Assembly: GCA_030141605.1 (NCBI GenBank)
Contig: JAQGDQ010000404.1
Location: forward strand, 62,001-126,000
Source of the DNA: Tubiluchus corallicola
Taxonomy: Eukaryota > Animalia > Priapulida
Length of the DNA: 64,000 nt
Reading direction: 5' to 3'
Part shown: positions 50,540-64,000 of the stretch, piece by piece
Numbering within the stretch: the first letter of the stretch is position 1
How the letters are laid out: every line of letters starts with the position of its first letter
Position numbers and translations under genes: made by a program
Notes under the pieces: generated by a model
Seen by the model: only the letters and a program-made list of their open reading frames with translations
Database searches by the model: none
Told to the model about the DNA's origin: nothing

Positions 50540-52345
50540 CAGTATAATCCACTTATGATGAGACCTGTTATAATAAGCCTCTGGTTATTACGAGTATATT
50601 TCAATGTCCTATCAAATCTTAAGCTTAAATAATGTATTTAAACCCTTACAGTGAGCTCTGATATTACGAGATGTTGCTTATTATGAAGGAATTTTACTGC
50701 CCCGTGATTGCATTTTCCTCTGCGTATACTGAACTGCCAGTTCTAAAACAATGGTGGGCATCATTCACCAAGGACAAAAATGTCTCTATACCTGATAGGG
50801 ATTAATTTATTGATCATGCATAAAGCAATGTGCATCAAGTGCAGCATATGAAGACGTGCTGATGGGGCTGCAGCTACTTGCACTGCTGTAATTGCAACTC
50901 AAAATCAGAATGAAGTGGGCATGGTGATTCAGACACAGAAAAAGAACCAGTTCGTCAACATGTTAGCATGAATGATTCAGTTGAAACCATTGCTAAACTT
51001 CAGCAATTTTTTCTCTTCACCTGGCAACTGATAATGACATGTTTTCATGCCTTTCAAAAGTTAAAGCAAAATGGGACCCTGTAAGTCAAAGTAATCTACT
51101 CTTTAAAATATTAGAAGGAGATGTACTATTTTTTCCAGAATGCCTTACGTGAAAGAATTATTACTGCACAAATACAATTTCGCATTCGTGCCACTTCACT
51201 GTTACGTGCATTTCGTCATTCTCTAAATAGACGGCCACTAGCGCCTGCATTTCCAAAACACATTGCACAAAATGCAGGTGCTGTACCGCTCAGTTCAAAT
51301 GTGTACATTTCTGACATACTGCACAAGTTCGACTACACATGTGTGAGCACAGCAGTAAATTTGAAATTCGAATTTTACCTTAAAACTTGCTGACTTTTAT
51401 TACAATCCACTGAATCTCTTGCAGTAGCACTGTACTTCAATTTTCTCTTTCACAGACACTTGCAACACCCTCGTTGAATATTTTTGCTGATGAAAATTAT
51501 GTTCATTTGTGATGTTATGAATAGTTGGGCTCACCCGCCGTTAATTAAGATTGTAATTTGACTATCAGAAATGCTTTTCTGGTATTACTTGTGTTAAAAA
51601 GTATACTTTTTAGTGTACTTGAAAATGGAATATTATATGAAAAATCACCCTGCCTTTCTTTAACAACTCTTTGAATAAAGCTGTGGTGCAATTTAATGTG
51701 AAGCAGCTAAAACAAACCAAGTTTTTTAAAACAAAGAACATTCCTGCTTTGTAAACTAAATAATTCTGTGTACAATGTGATTTTACATTAAGTACCACAT
51801 AGGATAGCCAGACTGTAGGATTACGTATTAGCTAATGTAGGCCCATGCTGAAATGCTCGTAATCATAAATCGTTTTGTGCACTTGCACAGCTATTTAAAT
51901 AAAAACAGAGACTTTTTCATTCATGCTAAGCTTTAATAAAAACAGTCATGTTTTTCACCCACGCAGGCATCCAGGGTCTTGTTTATACTGTAACAGTAAT
52001 ACCCACGTAAAACGCACACAGGTGTCAGCAGACATCGCAATGAATCACAGCAATGGTAAGTTGGAAAAGCAACTCGTGTGGCAGTTTTAATCAGGCATTT
52101 ATTGCATAAAATACTGCCTTAATCCTAGAAATAACAGAGTCTGAACATTATAAGTTTACTCTTTTGTGATAAAATAATTCTAAATAGTGGTACTCATTAA
52201 GAAATTTGCACCAGTCTCAAAAGAAAGTGTTCTTTTCATCATTACATCGTATCTGCATTGTAGGCTTCATTTTGATCTCAAACAGACTGTTATAACGAGT
52301 AAATTTTCATACACCCTTGAAATTCATTATAAGTGGATTATACTG
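50540..52345 (+). mobile_element. Non-autonomous pogo/Tigger-like (Tc1-mariner) DNA transposon
   Basis: TIRs CAGTATAATCCACTTAT(G/A)ATGA at 50540-50561 and 52324-52345 (21/22 match), flanked by TA on both sides (50538-39, 52346-47). Subterminal TTAT(T/A)ACGAG repeats. Remnant peptide GDSDTEKEPVRQHVSMNDSVETIAKLQQFF (~50923-51012) resembles a Tigger transposase C-terminus. Confidence 0.85.
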
Positions 52346-52579
52346 TATAAATATGAAAGCATCTTTTAAGACATCCATGATCCATACTAGGAGTTTGTGT
52401 AATGTGTACTGATCCTGGCTCCTTCTACTAACTCCTCACTGTAGTCTGAGTTATCTCGTTACCTTGAGTGACCACTAGTCTTTTCTGAGGGAATTTGAAT
52501 ATAAAAAATTATGATGCTTCTGTATACGATAAGAATTTTTTGCAGGTGTAATGTTAAAATAAGTTACACACCTTCAGTA

Positions 52580-55500
52580 ATGACTACTGAACAGGATCGT
52601 ACTTATTGCAACTTGAAATCATCCTGGGCTGGTGATGAATTTCTGAATGACTTGCTTAGTTACAGCTTTTACAAGGAGCGCAGTGAGCTGTACTGGTATG
52701 TCATTTTCTCTATTTTCTTTTATGCTCCTCTCTTCCCATTTGCCTTGTGTTTCTCCCTCTTACTCATTTTTTGCTCTCTGTTGCTTCGTCTGCTGGTTGA
52801 AATACAGTGCGCTTCAAAAATTCCTCATTATTTTAAAAATTATTAAAATAGCAATTATAAGAGGAACTAGATAATTTGGTGCTACGTCTAAGGTTCGTGA
52901 GAACTTTGGTGGCATTAATCTTTGTTTTAAGTCTGCTGCATTAATTTTTTACCTACTCCTGTAGGTACTGTACCATATTCTTTTTTATGTGTTACCATAT
53001 GCAGCCATTAAATTTCACAAAACTCCTAATGCAGATTTACAATTTCTCTACTACTGAGTAAGTATTCACTGCATCTTTGGTTGATTAGCTAAAAAAAGAG
53101 CAAAGGTGAAAATCAAATAAGTGAGGTACTCCTGAAATGCCCTGTATTTTGATGGGGGTGATGAATATTTGATTCATCACACTGTTAGCTTAGTGACTGA
53201 CTTATGGAAAGTCAAATCAGATTAGCACTTTATAATTGGGTGACTATTGGGAAAATGGTCTATGGGCGATTTTATCTACCACTTTGCCCTCGATTATTTT
53301 GTTTGGTTGAAACAATGCGGCTAAGAGTAAGGACCTGTGCCAACATGGTATCTCATCTTAGAGAATTATTTCTGATACTGTGATTTGCTAGATTCCTTGG
53401 ATATTATAGCAAATCAGCTAAAACATTAACAAACTGGATTTTAGATAGTGGCATGCAAAATGCCAAAATATACAAAAATACACTTACTTTTCACGTTATT
53501 TGCTTCAAAATTGTGTTTATGAAAGCTAATGTTTTCAATTTTCTATAGGGAAGATATTGTTAGCAGTGAAACGAAAAATCAGGATGGCATAAACTTGCAC
53601 AAAAGCAACTTTCTGGAACCTTGTCGCATAATTGTCGAAGCGGGCAAGCCTTCACATCACATTAGACGCTTAATTATCATCAGTGATGCACGAGTAATCG
53701 AAGTTTATGGAATAAAAGTATGCTTAAAATATTTTTTTGAGTCAATGATTTCATTATAGTTTTTCTTACATGTGGCTCCTTAAGAAATGTATGAAATGAC
53801 ATACTTTTGCTAATTTTTTTTAGTCACTGATTTCACTGAGTCACTGTAGTTTTTCTTACGTGTTGCTTCATAAGAAATGTATGAAATGACAAACTTTTGC
53901 TAATTATGTGCTTGTAGATTGTAGGTCCATATAATTGCCTTGTTGTGTGACACTTAATTCAAAAACTCATGCTGTTTCTAGGGAGAGTATTTAAAAACCT
54001 ACCATGGACAACCAGTTGCAGAAGTAGAAGCATCCCAAATTTACTGTTGTCATGTTTATTTGCCAACGACTTTTCAAGACGTACAGCTGAAGGTAGGTAT
54101 TAAAATTCTACATTCATAAATCAAAACAACAGTGTCTTCGTTAAGGCTGAACACCCTATTCGCACAGTACCACAAAAGTCATTAAAAAGTATCCAAACAG
54201 ATTTCATATTTCGGCTACTACTCTTCTGCATGTTATGCAAAAAACTACATTTTAGGATGAGATGTAGAGTTTAAATCATTTTATAAATTGCAAAATATTA
54301 ATATTGCAAACCGAAATGCTGTTTTCATATTAAAAATAATTCATAGTATATTTAATTAACATACCTGTCATGAAGGCTGTTCTTATAATTGTTTAGAAGG
54401 TTGTTAAAATTTTAAGTTTTTTTTTTCGTTTTCCGAATAATTATACGTCAAAAGTGCAATATTGGGTGGGCGTGCAGTAAGTTACAAATTATAAATTACG
54501 GAGTTACATATTTTGTATGCCATGTCTTTCTACCTATTCCTCCTAAGTACTCCATCACTGTCAGTACATAGTCAGAAGAAGCCAAACAGCCAATAGTTTA
54601 GAACAGTGGGTCGTGGGAGTAAGAGACCAATAGTAAAATTATAGTGTTTGAAAACACTGTCTTCAATGAGACCCGAGTGGTAATTTCTTTAGACAACTTT
54701 AGTATCTTAAAGTAAATAAGGTTTGGTATCAGTAAAATTGAACAGCCTAAGTTATTGTACAAAAATGTAGCATATGACACTGGTGCAAGAATAGGCATTC
54801 TTACAATTTGCAATATATATTAGGTACATCTTTATTTTAATTTTCATTTCATTAGCTGCTTAATTTTATTATTGCATTGAACTTTGCATACACCGATTAC
54901 CATGCAATCTATTGTAGTTATATCATTGTATCATTAAATTATTTACATTTTTTTATACATAGTTCTTGTCATTGCTAAATCCAGTATGTTTGTGCCTCTA
55001 CGCTGTACATGTTGTCCTAGCAAAGGCTCCGCAAGCTGTCCATCGTCCATCTGAGAAGATAGACTTTGACAGAGTTCAGTGTCTGCTGAAAGATGTGAAA
55101 ATTTCGGAGAAAGCAGCAAAAATGATAAGAAATATTGAAGAAAACAAAAATGTGAGTTATATTATGGAGGTGATACAATGATGTGTTAGTTTTTTGTTTA
55201 TGCTTTTTGGCACAAATGCTTGTCACAGCAAAAACATTCTAACTTTAATATCTATAATAAGTTTATACAACTATTGCTGATAATTGATTATTAATTAAAA
55301 TGGTTTGTTGATATTTCTTGGTGATGATTTAATGATTACTAGAGATGCAGACGGCAAATGTAATTTTTTTTAATACATGCAAGAGGTAATATAACTCTCT
55401 TGTATTTTATTAACAAGATCAGAACAGATGTGGATTGTAAAACATGCCGCACCGTTTACCCCTGGTTCGTAGTCTGTCGGTAAAATTAATGACACAAAGA

Positions 55501-57126
55501 CCAATTTTCCAGACCAATTTACCAAATTTACTTTTTTTAATTGACTCTTTCAAGCAATTTGAAGCCAACATGATAAGTTACTATTATTACGTAACTAATC
55601 TAACTGGCCAGCTAAAGACCATCTTTTGGCCTTTTGTTGGTCTAGCCTGACTGGTCTTACTAACTACGTGATACTTGAAAATTTTCAGCTTTGCATCCTT
55701 TTTTATCGTTGTTCTAAGTACTATCGTTGTGGTAAATGGCTGTTTATAGTCTTGTAATTCATTGTAGAAATTACTTATAAATTTATGCCATTGCAAAAAA
55801 TAATACTTACTCGCATTGTACTGTCGGTACTAAGGTAAAGAGCATGGCTAAGCTGCCTGGAGTTCTTGGAGTGCTTTGGCATTGATGTAAAATGAGCATT
55901 CTATTAAGTTAATAAATTTATTTATTTATTGAATATTTTTAATGCACTTTACATGATAATCAAATGCATCTTGCAAATAAAAGATCATCAAAAGTACTAA
56001 AAATTAATTCATAAAATATTTAAGACAATGGCACATAGATTGATTACATTGAATATGACAAAAAAGGAAAAATAATAAAAACACAGAAATTCTACTAAAA
56101 TAGTAAAAGCAATGCCATAAATCATATACAATCATAAAAAAGGCAACATTAGCTCAACTACAGAAGGCTTCATTAAAATAGTAAGCTTTCATATTTAATA
56201 GTATTAATTGTACTTAGATGCAAAATAGCTTGTTTAAATGGGGCAAAGAAATAAATTAGATGGATCACTATTATTATGATGATTATTATTATTATTATTA
56301 TTATGCACACATTGAATTAAAAAACAAAATGTTTGTTTTTTTTAGTTTTTTAAGTATGTGCTTGTTTATTTTTCTCTTCAAGACATTTTTGATGTTTTTC
56401 TTTGGAAGCACATTTGTAAATTCTTATTTTGTAAACAGTTGCTGCACCGCAGATGTATACATAAAATCGTAGTTACTTACAAACAACACAAATGACAACT
56501 GTCAATACAATTGCATATCATTACAATGATCAAATAAATACTGAGTTATTTACATGCTAATCTTTTTGTAGGCAGCTGATGTAACTGGGACACCAAAATT
56601 TTCAACAGGAACTTCATCATCTTTTGCATCAATGATGGGCCTTCTGTCGCTGTTTCAAAACACTTCGTCATTTGCTGCGGGAAGGCAGTTACCCTCAGAG
56701 TTTTCTAGAGATAAAGTGTTAAGTGATACTTCTAAATGTGATAATAAAGTTGAAAATGGAGAATTTGATGTGGCCCTGCAACGGACAGTAGCTAATGAAA
56801 AGCACTTGGAAGTGAATTTGACTAATTTGGTACTTGAGGACAAATCTGATGCAGCTGAAGGCAAATCTGGTTTGAAGCAACCATCTTCTGATTCAGAAAG
56901 TTGTGTCTTCGATAATGCTGAAGATACTATGGTGAACTCAAATGTGTGTTGCAATTGCCAAAGACTGTGGAAGAAACAATTAGATGAAAGACTGCATGAC
57001 TCTGAAGTCAGAATCATAGAAAAATTTAACAGCAGACTAAATGCCATAGAGGAAAAGTTAGACAGACTTTTATTGCAATGTGAGAAAAATTCAAACTTTG
57101 ACAGAATAAAAATAACACAGTCCTGA
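52580..57126 (+). CDS. C10orf88: C10orf88 / PAAT-like protein (DUF4506), ~379 aa
   Basis: Exons 52580-52695, 53549-53717, 53982-54092, 54963-55151, 56572-57126 (TGA); 1140 nt, in frame. LKSSW, EPCRIIV, IISDARVIEVYG..GEYLKTYHG, KFLSL, KIDFDRVQCLL..ISEKAAKMI and a C-terminal coiled coil (LHDSEVRIIEKFNSRLNAIEEKLDRLL) follow the motif order I recall for C10orf88. Start codon uncertain. Confidence 0.78.
53740..53905 (+). repeat. ~90-bp-period tandem duplication in a C10orf88 intron
   Basis: tagtttttcttac(a/g)tgt..taagaaatgtatgaaatgac..acttttgctaatt at 53757-53815 and 53847-53905. Confidence 0.85.
56268..56304. repeat. (TAT)n microsatellite
   Basis: tattattatgatgattattattattattattattat; source of the poly-Tyr ORF 56260-56472. 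Confidence 0.9.
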
Positions 57127-59914
57127 CAAATTAGATAATGTTTTGTCATATTGAACTTTTGCTGTTAATACATTTGCGGGTATGGATTTGGCAAATTAAC
57201 AACTTTTCAGTATTTTGCAAAATTAATTACCCTTGTACCTTTAAGAAAACGCCTTCAGTACCTACCCACAACTTGAATTGTCAGCAAGACTTGAATTCCA
57301 AAGGGAAACTGAGAAATTTCATTGTGAGCATCTTTTGCCTGTGCATACCTTATTAATATAATTTGTGATTGTATCTTAAAGGTCCGCTGGCACCCTGATA
57401 GACACTTGCTGTCAAAATTCACTACTGACTAGCGTGATACAAAAAAGCAGGTTTTATTTCTTTATAAACTTGCGCATTTTGCTTTGGTTACCATTAAACA
57501 CTTCAAATTTTGCCCCGCGCAGACAGCTTGTGAAAAACGAAAAATTGGGGAAGAAAGCGCAAATGACGTCCTGTAAGGAATGACACTACACTTGTATGAC
57601 TCTAGCCGTATATACATGTGGTCAAGCCAAGCAGTATGCCGGTAATGGAGAAACTGGGGTACTCGCTGAAGCATTTTTTAATGTTAAATTCAAATTATAG
57701 CTTTGTCCACACTTGAATGCACTATATTTTATAGAGGAAAAATGTTAGTGATGAGGTACAACGTGTAAAAGTTTTATCATGACATCACTTGTATTCCTCA
57801 CTGGGCTGCTTTCCTGTTGCGTTAATTTTCTGTTTTCTGATAATTTTTGCTTTATAAATGTCTCACTGCTTTTGACAAAGAATGGTCGTTTTTACGTTTT
57901 CCAACATGAAATTGTAAAAATAACAGTGGATTATTAGGTACGATCGACGAAAAAAGAACTAGACAGTAAGGCAGTAAAGTCAGATTTTGTTCCCTTACAG
58001 GCTTTAGCGACGTTTTGAGCCTGTGCAGACCAGTATACTGTCTGACACTTTGTGAGTTTTAAAAGTAAAAGAAAACTGAAAACTAAGAAGAACTGCCTTT
58101 CAGACAACATATTTAACTCATTGAAAGAGCGCTTCATTTTTAAACACTTGGGAAAACCTTCGTGGCATTTTTTGGAATGTGCGGAGGTGTTTGTTACTGT
58201 AAATGTGCTGTTCCTCGCAAGTTTGTGAATTGAAGACTGATTCTTATAAGTTTATTTGATATAAATAGATAAAGAATATTGAAAGCAACGTTTTTATTAA
58301 TAGATAAATGATTACTCACCAATAACCGCTCTGTTTGTTGGGGCTACTGGTTGTCTACTGTACTACCTCTCAGTAAACTCTACCTGATGTGATGTCATAG
58401 CATTGAGTGTCATGGCGGGCAGTGATATTTGCTGTAGGGCCAACGGCACACAATTTAAGTAACAATATTGCATAAAAGTACGCATCAGAACTGTCTTAAA
58501 AGTTAAGAAATATGTGACTCTACCTATGCTATAAAAGAAAATAACATAAAAAAATAGTGTCATAGGACCTGTCAATAACAAAGAAATGCATTATCTTATT
58601 AAAGTGTGTGCTACCAGATGAAATTAATGACTTAGTTTTGGAAGTATTCTGATAATGTCAAGGTCATCTCTAGTATACAGCTTGACACTTTTGACCTTTC
58701 ATGAGCAGTGTACTTTATTTAAGTTCTTTCAGTTTATTTCACGCAGAAGCTAGTATCTATAGGTTACATAATATACTCACTCTGCAGTTCAGGGAGCAGG
58801 CTTGCTCTTTAAATTATGCACACGCACCGTAACAAACTAATTATGTAAACTGAGTTATCGCTCCTTCACATGGGATAGTCATCTTCTGTCTGACTGTCAT
58901 TGTTACCTTTCCCAGGAACACAAATGGGAAAAGAACAAGACAAGTAAAGTAAAATTCATAAATTTTTAAAGCCTTGGATTCAGTATGTAAATGTGCACTT
59001 TTTTAACATTGATGTTTTATGCTTTTGATGTAACATTAAGAAGAAATAATCAATAGCTGCACAATCAGTAAATTTGACCACAGGAATACGCTGGATGTGA
59101 CGTGCTTACTTCCCGTGAGAAAGGTTGAGGGCCCAATCCCCGTGGCTCACTGGGTATATATAACATTGAAAATGGTACTGCTGACACGAAATGGTATTGG
59201 CTGAGTGTTCTTCATCCAAGCATGCGAATTAATCAAAATAACATGTGAGTAATATTAATCATTGGTACTCTTGCAGATTTAGTTTACTGACATTAATGCT
59301 TGATACACACGAATAGAGGACTATGTCCTATAATCTAGTCGGGCATTATTACAAAATAAGGAATACTATCTTCATCATCGTTGTAATAATCGTTATCATT
59401 GTTATTATTATTATGATTACTACAAAGTAAGCATTTCTGTTAATAATTTGAATGTGTTTTGTACTGCAGGGTTTCTTCCATTTCCAGGCGTGATAGGTTC
59501 CGTCTATATAAGCATACCAGTCGTGAAAGGTGCGCAGCTTCAGCTGTTGCACCTTTAGATGACGAGGCAGACGAACGATGGCGACACAATCTGCTGCTGC
59601 CGTGATTTGCTTTATTTTGTGAAATTTATTCATAATTTTTTCAAACTTCATTCTTGAATAAAATTACTTTGCGGTTTTCATAAACTGCTAATTCAGCAGT
59701 TTCTAGAAAAGTGTTTTTGATGTCGCTACTGTTCAAGCGCTGTATCATTTTTAAGTACGTGTACTTGCCAATCTCGTACTCCGCTCATACCTTGGCTTTG
59801 GCTTTATGTACATTGTAGAATTTTTTATTTCGTTTTATTTCTTTTTATTTGTCGGAAAATAGCCTTCGGCTAATCTTATCTTTGAAATATTCGACGATAA
59901 ATAAGATTTTTACC

Positions 59915-62900
59915 ACTTACTACTACTAAAAACTGTGCTCTGGCGATTCACAGCGGCTATTCTAATATTTCTATCAGTATCACAGTATCCGGCTCCTGTA
60001 TATTCACATCATAAAGGAGCAAGCCAAAAAGAAAACTGTATCCTGTTACGCTGTTGTTCTTACACCTTTACATTGAGCCCCTTAATTTCATTAAATTTTA
60101 TCACTTGTCTGATCCAAGCATCAAAAAAAAGCAAAAAAAGCATGGACTCTTAGGTACTAGTGTGCCCGTGTTTACTGAACATAGATCTTCTTCGTTCACT
60201 ACATGATTTCCAAACACTTTTTTAGCTACTTCACATTTCAGCAGTCGTATCACACTCCTTCACACACAGTAGACACATTAAATCATCCTTACACTGAATT
60301 TTGTAATTACACTTTAAGTTGACCATATTTAATTTCCATTCAGTAATTTCATACACATTTTTTTCATCACACTCCTTCACATAATTTATTGCCTGTTCCC
60401 AATTTTCCACACTATTTTTCATAAATCTCAGTTTTCTCATATCACCACACTTTTTCACAGCTTCAACTTCTTGATACTGTTTAACTGCTTTTTTAATTTC
60501 TTTTTTCCATTGTGACTTCAATAAGCTTTGCATTCTTTCAACATTTATATCTAAAGCATACATACTTGCAATTTCTCTAATTTCTGTCTCCCAGCTTCTA
60601 GGAATGTTTTTATCACATATACTCAACATCACCTTTTTAGCATTTCTTTTACTTTCAGATATCAGCACACTTCGGTACCACATTAATTTTTTATAGTGTA
60701 TTATTTGTCTCAATGACCAGACTCCCCAAGTCATCATTAGGCCCCAGTAACTCGTAGACATTTTTTGCCTCATCATACATCTTAGGGCTTCTTTTTGCCA
60801 ACTTTCTATTTCTTCATAGTTTGTTTCTGTTAACTTACCCCACACCTCCATATTGAAAATTAAACTAGGAATCATCGTTGTCTTGTATAATAACAGTCTT
60901 ATTTTTATAGCTTCAATTCCTACATCGTCAGAACTACTCCAATTCATAATTTCATGTATCATATGTTCCACTTTCTTACTTCTTTTCTCTACAGACATGT
61001 GATAACTTCCTGTTTCGTTGATATAGTCACCTAAGTATTTATAATGGCTGACTTTATTAATTTTTCCTTTCTTAGTACACATTACACACGACCAGCCTAC
61101 GATCTGCCTTTCCTAGTTTTCGTGTGATTACCAACTGTTGTGATTTTCCACGACTAAAAGTAAACTTTTTGAGTTCTTCCATCAATCTGCAATTTTTTGT
61201 CACATTCATTACTACATTTTCATCACCACAGCCCAAAATATCATCCACATATATTCTGGCATCATACCCAACATCGTTACTTATTAACGAGAGTTTTTTC
61301 CTACCCATTTTATTTACCTGGTCTGTGCTAGCGCAACACATAACTGGTCCCCACACAGTTCCTTGTCGTACAGTGTGTCCGACTCGGAATTTCTTTGTTG
61401 ATCCTACCGGTGTACTACTAATTTTCAGTTCAGCATATTTATTTAGTTCAAACAGAATACAGTGGTATTTTTTATTCACGCCAAGTCTCCATGAGTCACT
61501 TATACAATCTCTTAGCCACAATTTGTCAAAGCATTTTTCTGCATCCATAAAAATTGCATTCACTGATTTTCCATAGTAATGAGAATACTCAATATACTTG
61601 TACAAAATAAACAGATTGTCAGTTATACCTCGTCATTTTTTCCTCCACATTGATTCTCTGACAAATTATTTTGCAACACTACTTCATTTCTTTTCAGTAG
61701 TATTCTTTCAAATATTTTAGATATATTACTGGCGAGGAAAATGCCTCTCCGATTCTTTAGCTCACTACGACTTCCTTTATTTTCATAAATAGATTTTACT
61801 GTCATTTCCAGCCATTCTTCTGGTATTGTTTCACGTATTAGTATCTCATTAAACATGTATACTATAGTTTGTAACAAATCACTTCCTGCTGCTTTCATCA
61901 TCTCATACCACCCTTGGTCATCCATTGCTTTCTTATTTTTCAAAGTTCTTATTGCTTTTTGTGCTTCTGGAACAGATGTCCTATTCACATTAATCTTTTT
62001 ACTATTATTTATTAGCTTTATTGTTTGTATGATTGAGTTAATTTGTTTTTCTAAATCACTTTCATTAATATTTTGCAGCAGCTCTTCATAATATTTCACG
62101 TAACAGTTTTTTTATTCCTTCTAGATCTGTCACTATTTTATTTTCTTCAACTTTCACACCACACTGCCCCTCTTGTTTTCTTCCTTCCACTTTTCTCTTA
62201 TATTTCCAGAATATATTCACTTGCTTATTCCACTCTGTATATTTAGTTTGGAATACTTCATTTTTACTCCATATCTTGTTCAACCCACCCTTTTTTTGTT
62301 TTTTCCTGAACAACTCAAGTTCATTGGGCAACATCCTACAAACGTTTCCATTATTTTCCTTGCTTGATTTATTTATGTATCGCCAGTCAATGTTAACAAA
62401 TACAGTGTTATGATAAGAGAACTTTTCAATGAACTGATTCTCTATACTATACATGCCCATAATTTCGGTTCATCTATTGTCATTAACTTTATTCCACCAA
62501 TTTCCTCTTTATTCACAATTCAATATTCTAAAACAGATTTCTGTTCCGACTCAATCCGTGTCCAGAGACCTTCACATTTCTCAGTGGAATTAACTACACA
62601 CAAATTAGTTTGATCAATTAACTTAATTAGTAATTTACCACCTGCACTACACTCTTCTTTATTTCCTTTGATCATGCGTCCAATTTTACAGTTGAAATCT
62701 CCAATTAGGATAAGACTTTCACTTTTACTTTTAGCTTCTTAGACATGTTTTGTTATATGGTGATACATTTTCTTCAATTGTGATACCTTCAATTGTGTTC
62801 TACTTTCTTGAGGTCCATATACAAGTCTAAGTCGTATTTTTATCTTCCCATTATTCATTATGCACCACAAACTTTCATAATTTTCCTCTGTTCTATCAAC

Positions 62901-64000
62901 TTCTACCATCACACTGTATAGTGCTGACTTTACAATGATTATCACCCCTCCTTTGTTTTTATCTTTTCTCTCCATTCTAAAGCAACTGTATCCTTCAAAT
63001 TTTATCACATCAGACTCCTTCAAAAATGTTTCCACTAAACAGAAAATTTCTGCTTTCCATTCTTGTATAATGTTTGTAATACTCAGCAATTTCTTTTTAA
63101 TGCCCTTACAATTTCCATGAATCAAAGAAAAGTTTTTGTCCATTTTTTTATTTTGTTGTGCCCTTTTCGTTTTCTTCTTTTTAATCTTCCTTGTTTCTTT
63201 TCTATTATCACCAAAACTTGAATTCCTACTGTTAGTCTTCTCTGTATTTACACTATCATACACATCAACTTTATTTACATATTTACACATATTTCTCCAG
63301 ATACCTAATTCTTCAAGCCCCCCATAAGTCCCTCTAGAGCTTCTATAACCACCTTTATTTGGTCTTTTAGATTTTTTGTAAAAAAGACTTATCCGTTGAT
63401 TCTCTCCCCCACCTCTTTGCTTTTTTCTTTCTTAAATGTGGGTTTTTCTTTTATTTCATACTCCCAATAACCTTTCCTCCAATTTGTTGGTCCATAAACT
63501 GTTCTTCCCCTTCTATACTGCTTTTCAAAATTCTGCTTTTGTTCTGTGACTTCTTCTCCTGCTCTGTGCCAAAACCTACATTTTTTCCAAACCTACAGTA
63601 TTTCCCGTTCTCCCATTTCCAACAAACTTCTTTCATTTCTCCGAACTTCTCATGTCTATACCTGCAGTTTTCTCCATGATAACAATGTAGTCCTTTATGA
63701 TAAAAACTGCATAAAGGAACAGTACTTCTTTCATCTAGTTTCCCTAGTTTTTACTATTTTCTTCGTACCTTCTACTGTTTTTTGCAACCCACTTTTTTCT
63801 TTTGTTAACAGGTCATTAAACACATACAATGTTTGTTTATCCTTTTTTAATGCTTCAACTTCTTCTATTTTTTGTTCCAAGTTTTGCTTATACTTCCAAC
63901 CCTCTTCCTTTAGTTCTTTTATTTCTTTTTCTTTACCATTTAACTTTTTTTCTAACTCCTTTCCCTGTTCTTTAAGCCTATCCAACTGAGTGTTTTCACT
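59915..64000 (-). mobile_element. Decayed, near full-length APE-RT non-LTR retrotransposon (LINE; clade unresolved), continuing beyond the window
   Basis: Minus strand, 5'->3': ORF1 coiled coil (63731-63985) and two CCCH fingers; APE endonuclease (IHGNCKGI, FCLVETFL, RKDKNKGGV, LVYGPQ, IGDFN); RT (RRGIFLASNISKIFERIL, FMDAEKCFDKLWL, VRQGTVWGP, YVDD, YKYLGDYI); C-terminal CxxC; 3'UTR ending in a short (TAG)n tail at ~59917-59928. Multiple frameshifts and stops. Confidence 0.92.

Noticed and set aside
56655-57149. 164-aa antisense ORF mirroring the last C10orf88 exon (likewise 61124-61576 and 63546-63989 opposite the LINE)
   Set aside because: Antisense shadows of coding sequence, with S/F/L-rich composition and no motifs.
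57376-58570. Possible Kolobok-like element (ttaa-aggtccgctggcac ... gtgtcataggacct)
   Set aside because: Only ~11/15 terminal match, no TTAA on the right side and no coding remnant.
1-64000. CRISPR arrays, prokaryotic operons, rRNA or intact tRNA genes
   Set aside because: None seen; the window is spliced eukaryotic DNA with no regularly spaced repeat-spacer structure.

Overview
Eukaryotic, AT-rich, intron-rich genomic DNA from an invertebrate animal (probably a protostome, judged from protein similarity; not identifiable further). I assembled five spliced genes by hand, with GT-AG junctions and consistent phase, in alternating orientation: the 3' part of TSC1/hamartin (+), MRPS18B (-), DHX9/RNA helicase A (+, 24 coding exons), an 11-finger C2H2 zinc-finger gene (-) and a C10orf88/PAAT-like gene (+). 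A decayed APE-RT LINE fills the last ~4 kb. The ORF track misses the most interesting signal: DHX9 introns host box C/D snoRNAs. One is a SNORD99-like guide for 28S rRNA. Another has a 14-nt guide to the 18S rRNA AAAAAAUUAGAGUG segment, predicting a methylation I do not recall from human or yeast. A third looks like a diverged or orphan copy. Other notable items: a LINE ORF1 with tandem CCCH zinc fingers, a 3' stem-loop shared by two diverged LINE copies, a LINE fragment inside the MRPS18B/DHX9 divergent promoter, a TA-flanked pogo/Tigger element carrying an exon-like segment, and a duplicated TSC1 splice acceptor that would create a stop codon. All homology calls rest on recalled sequences; no searches were run.
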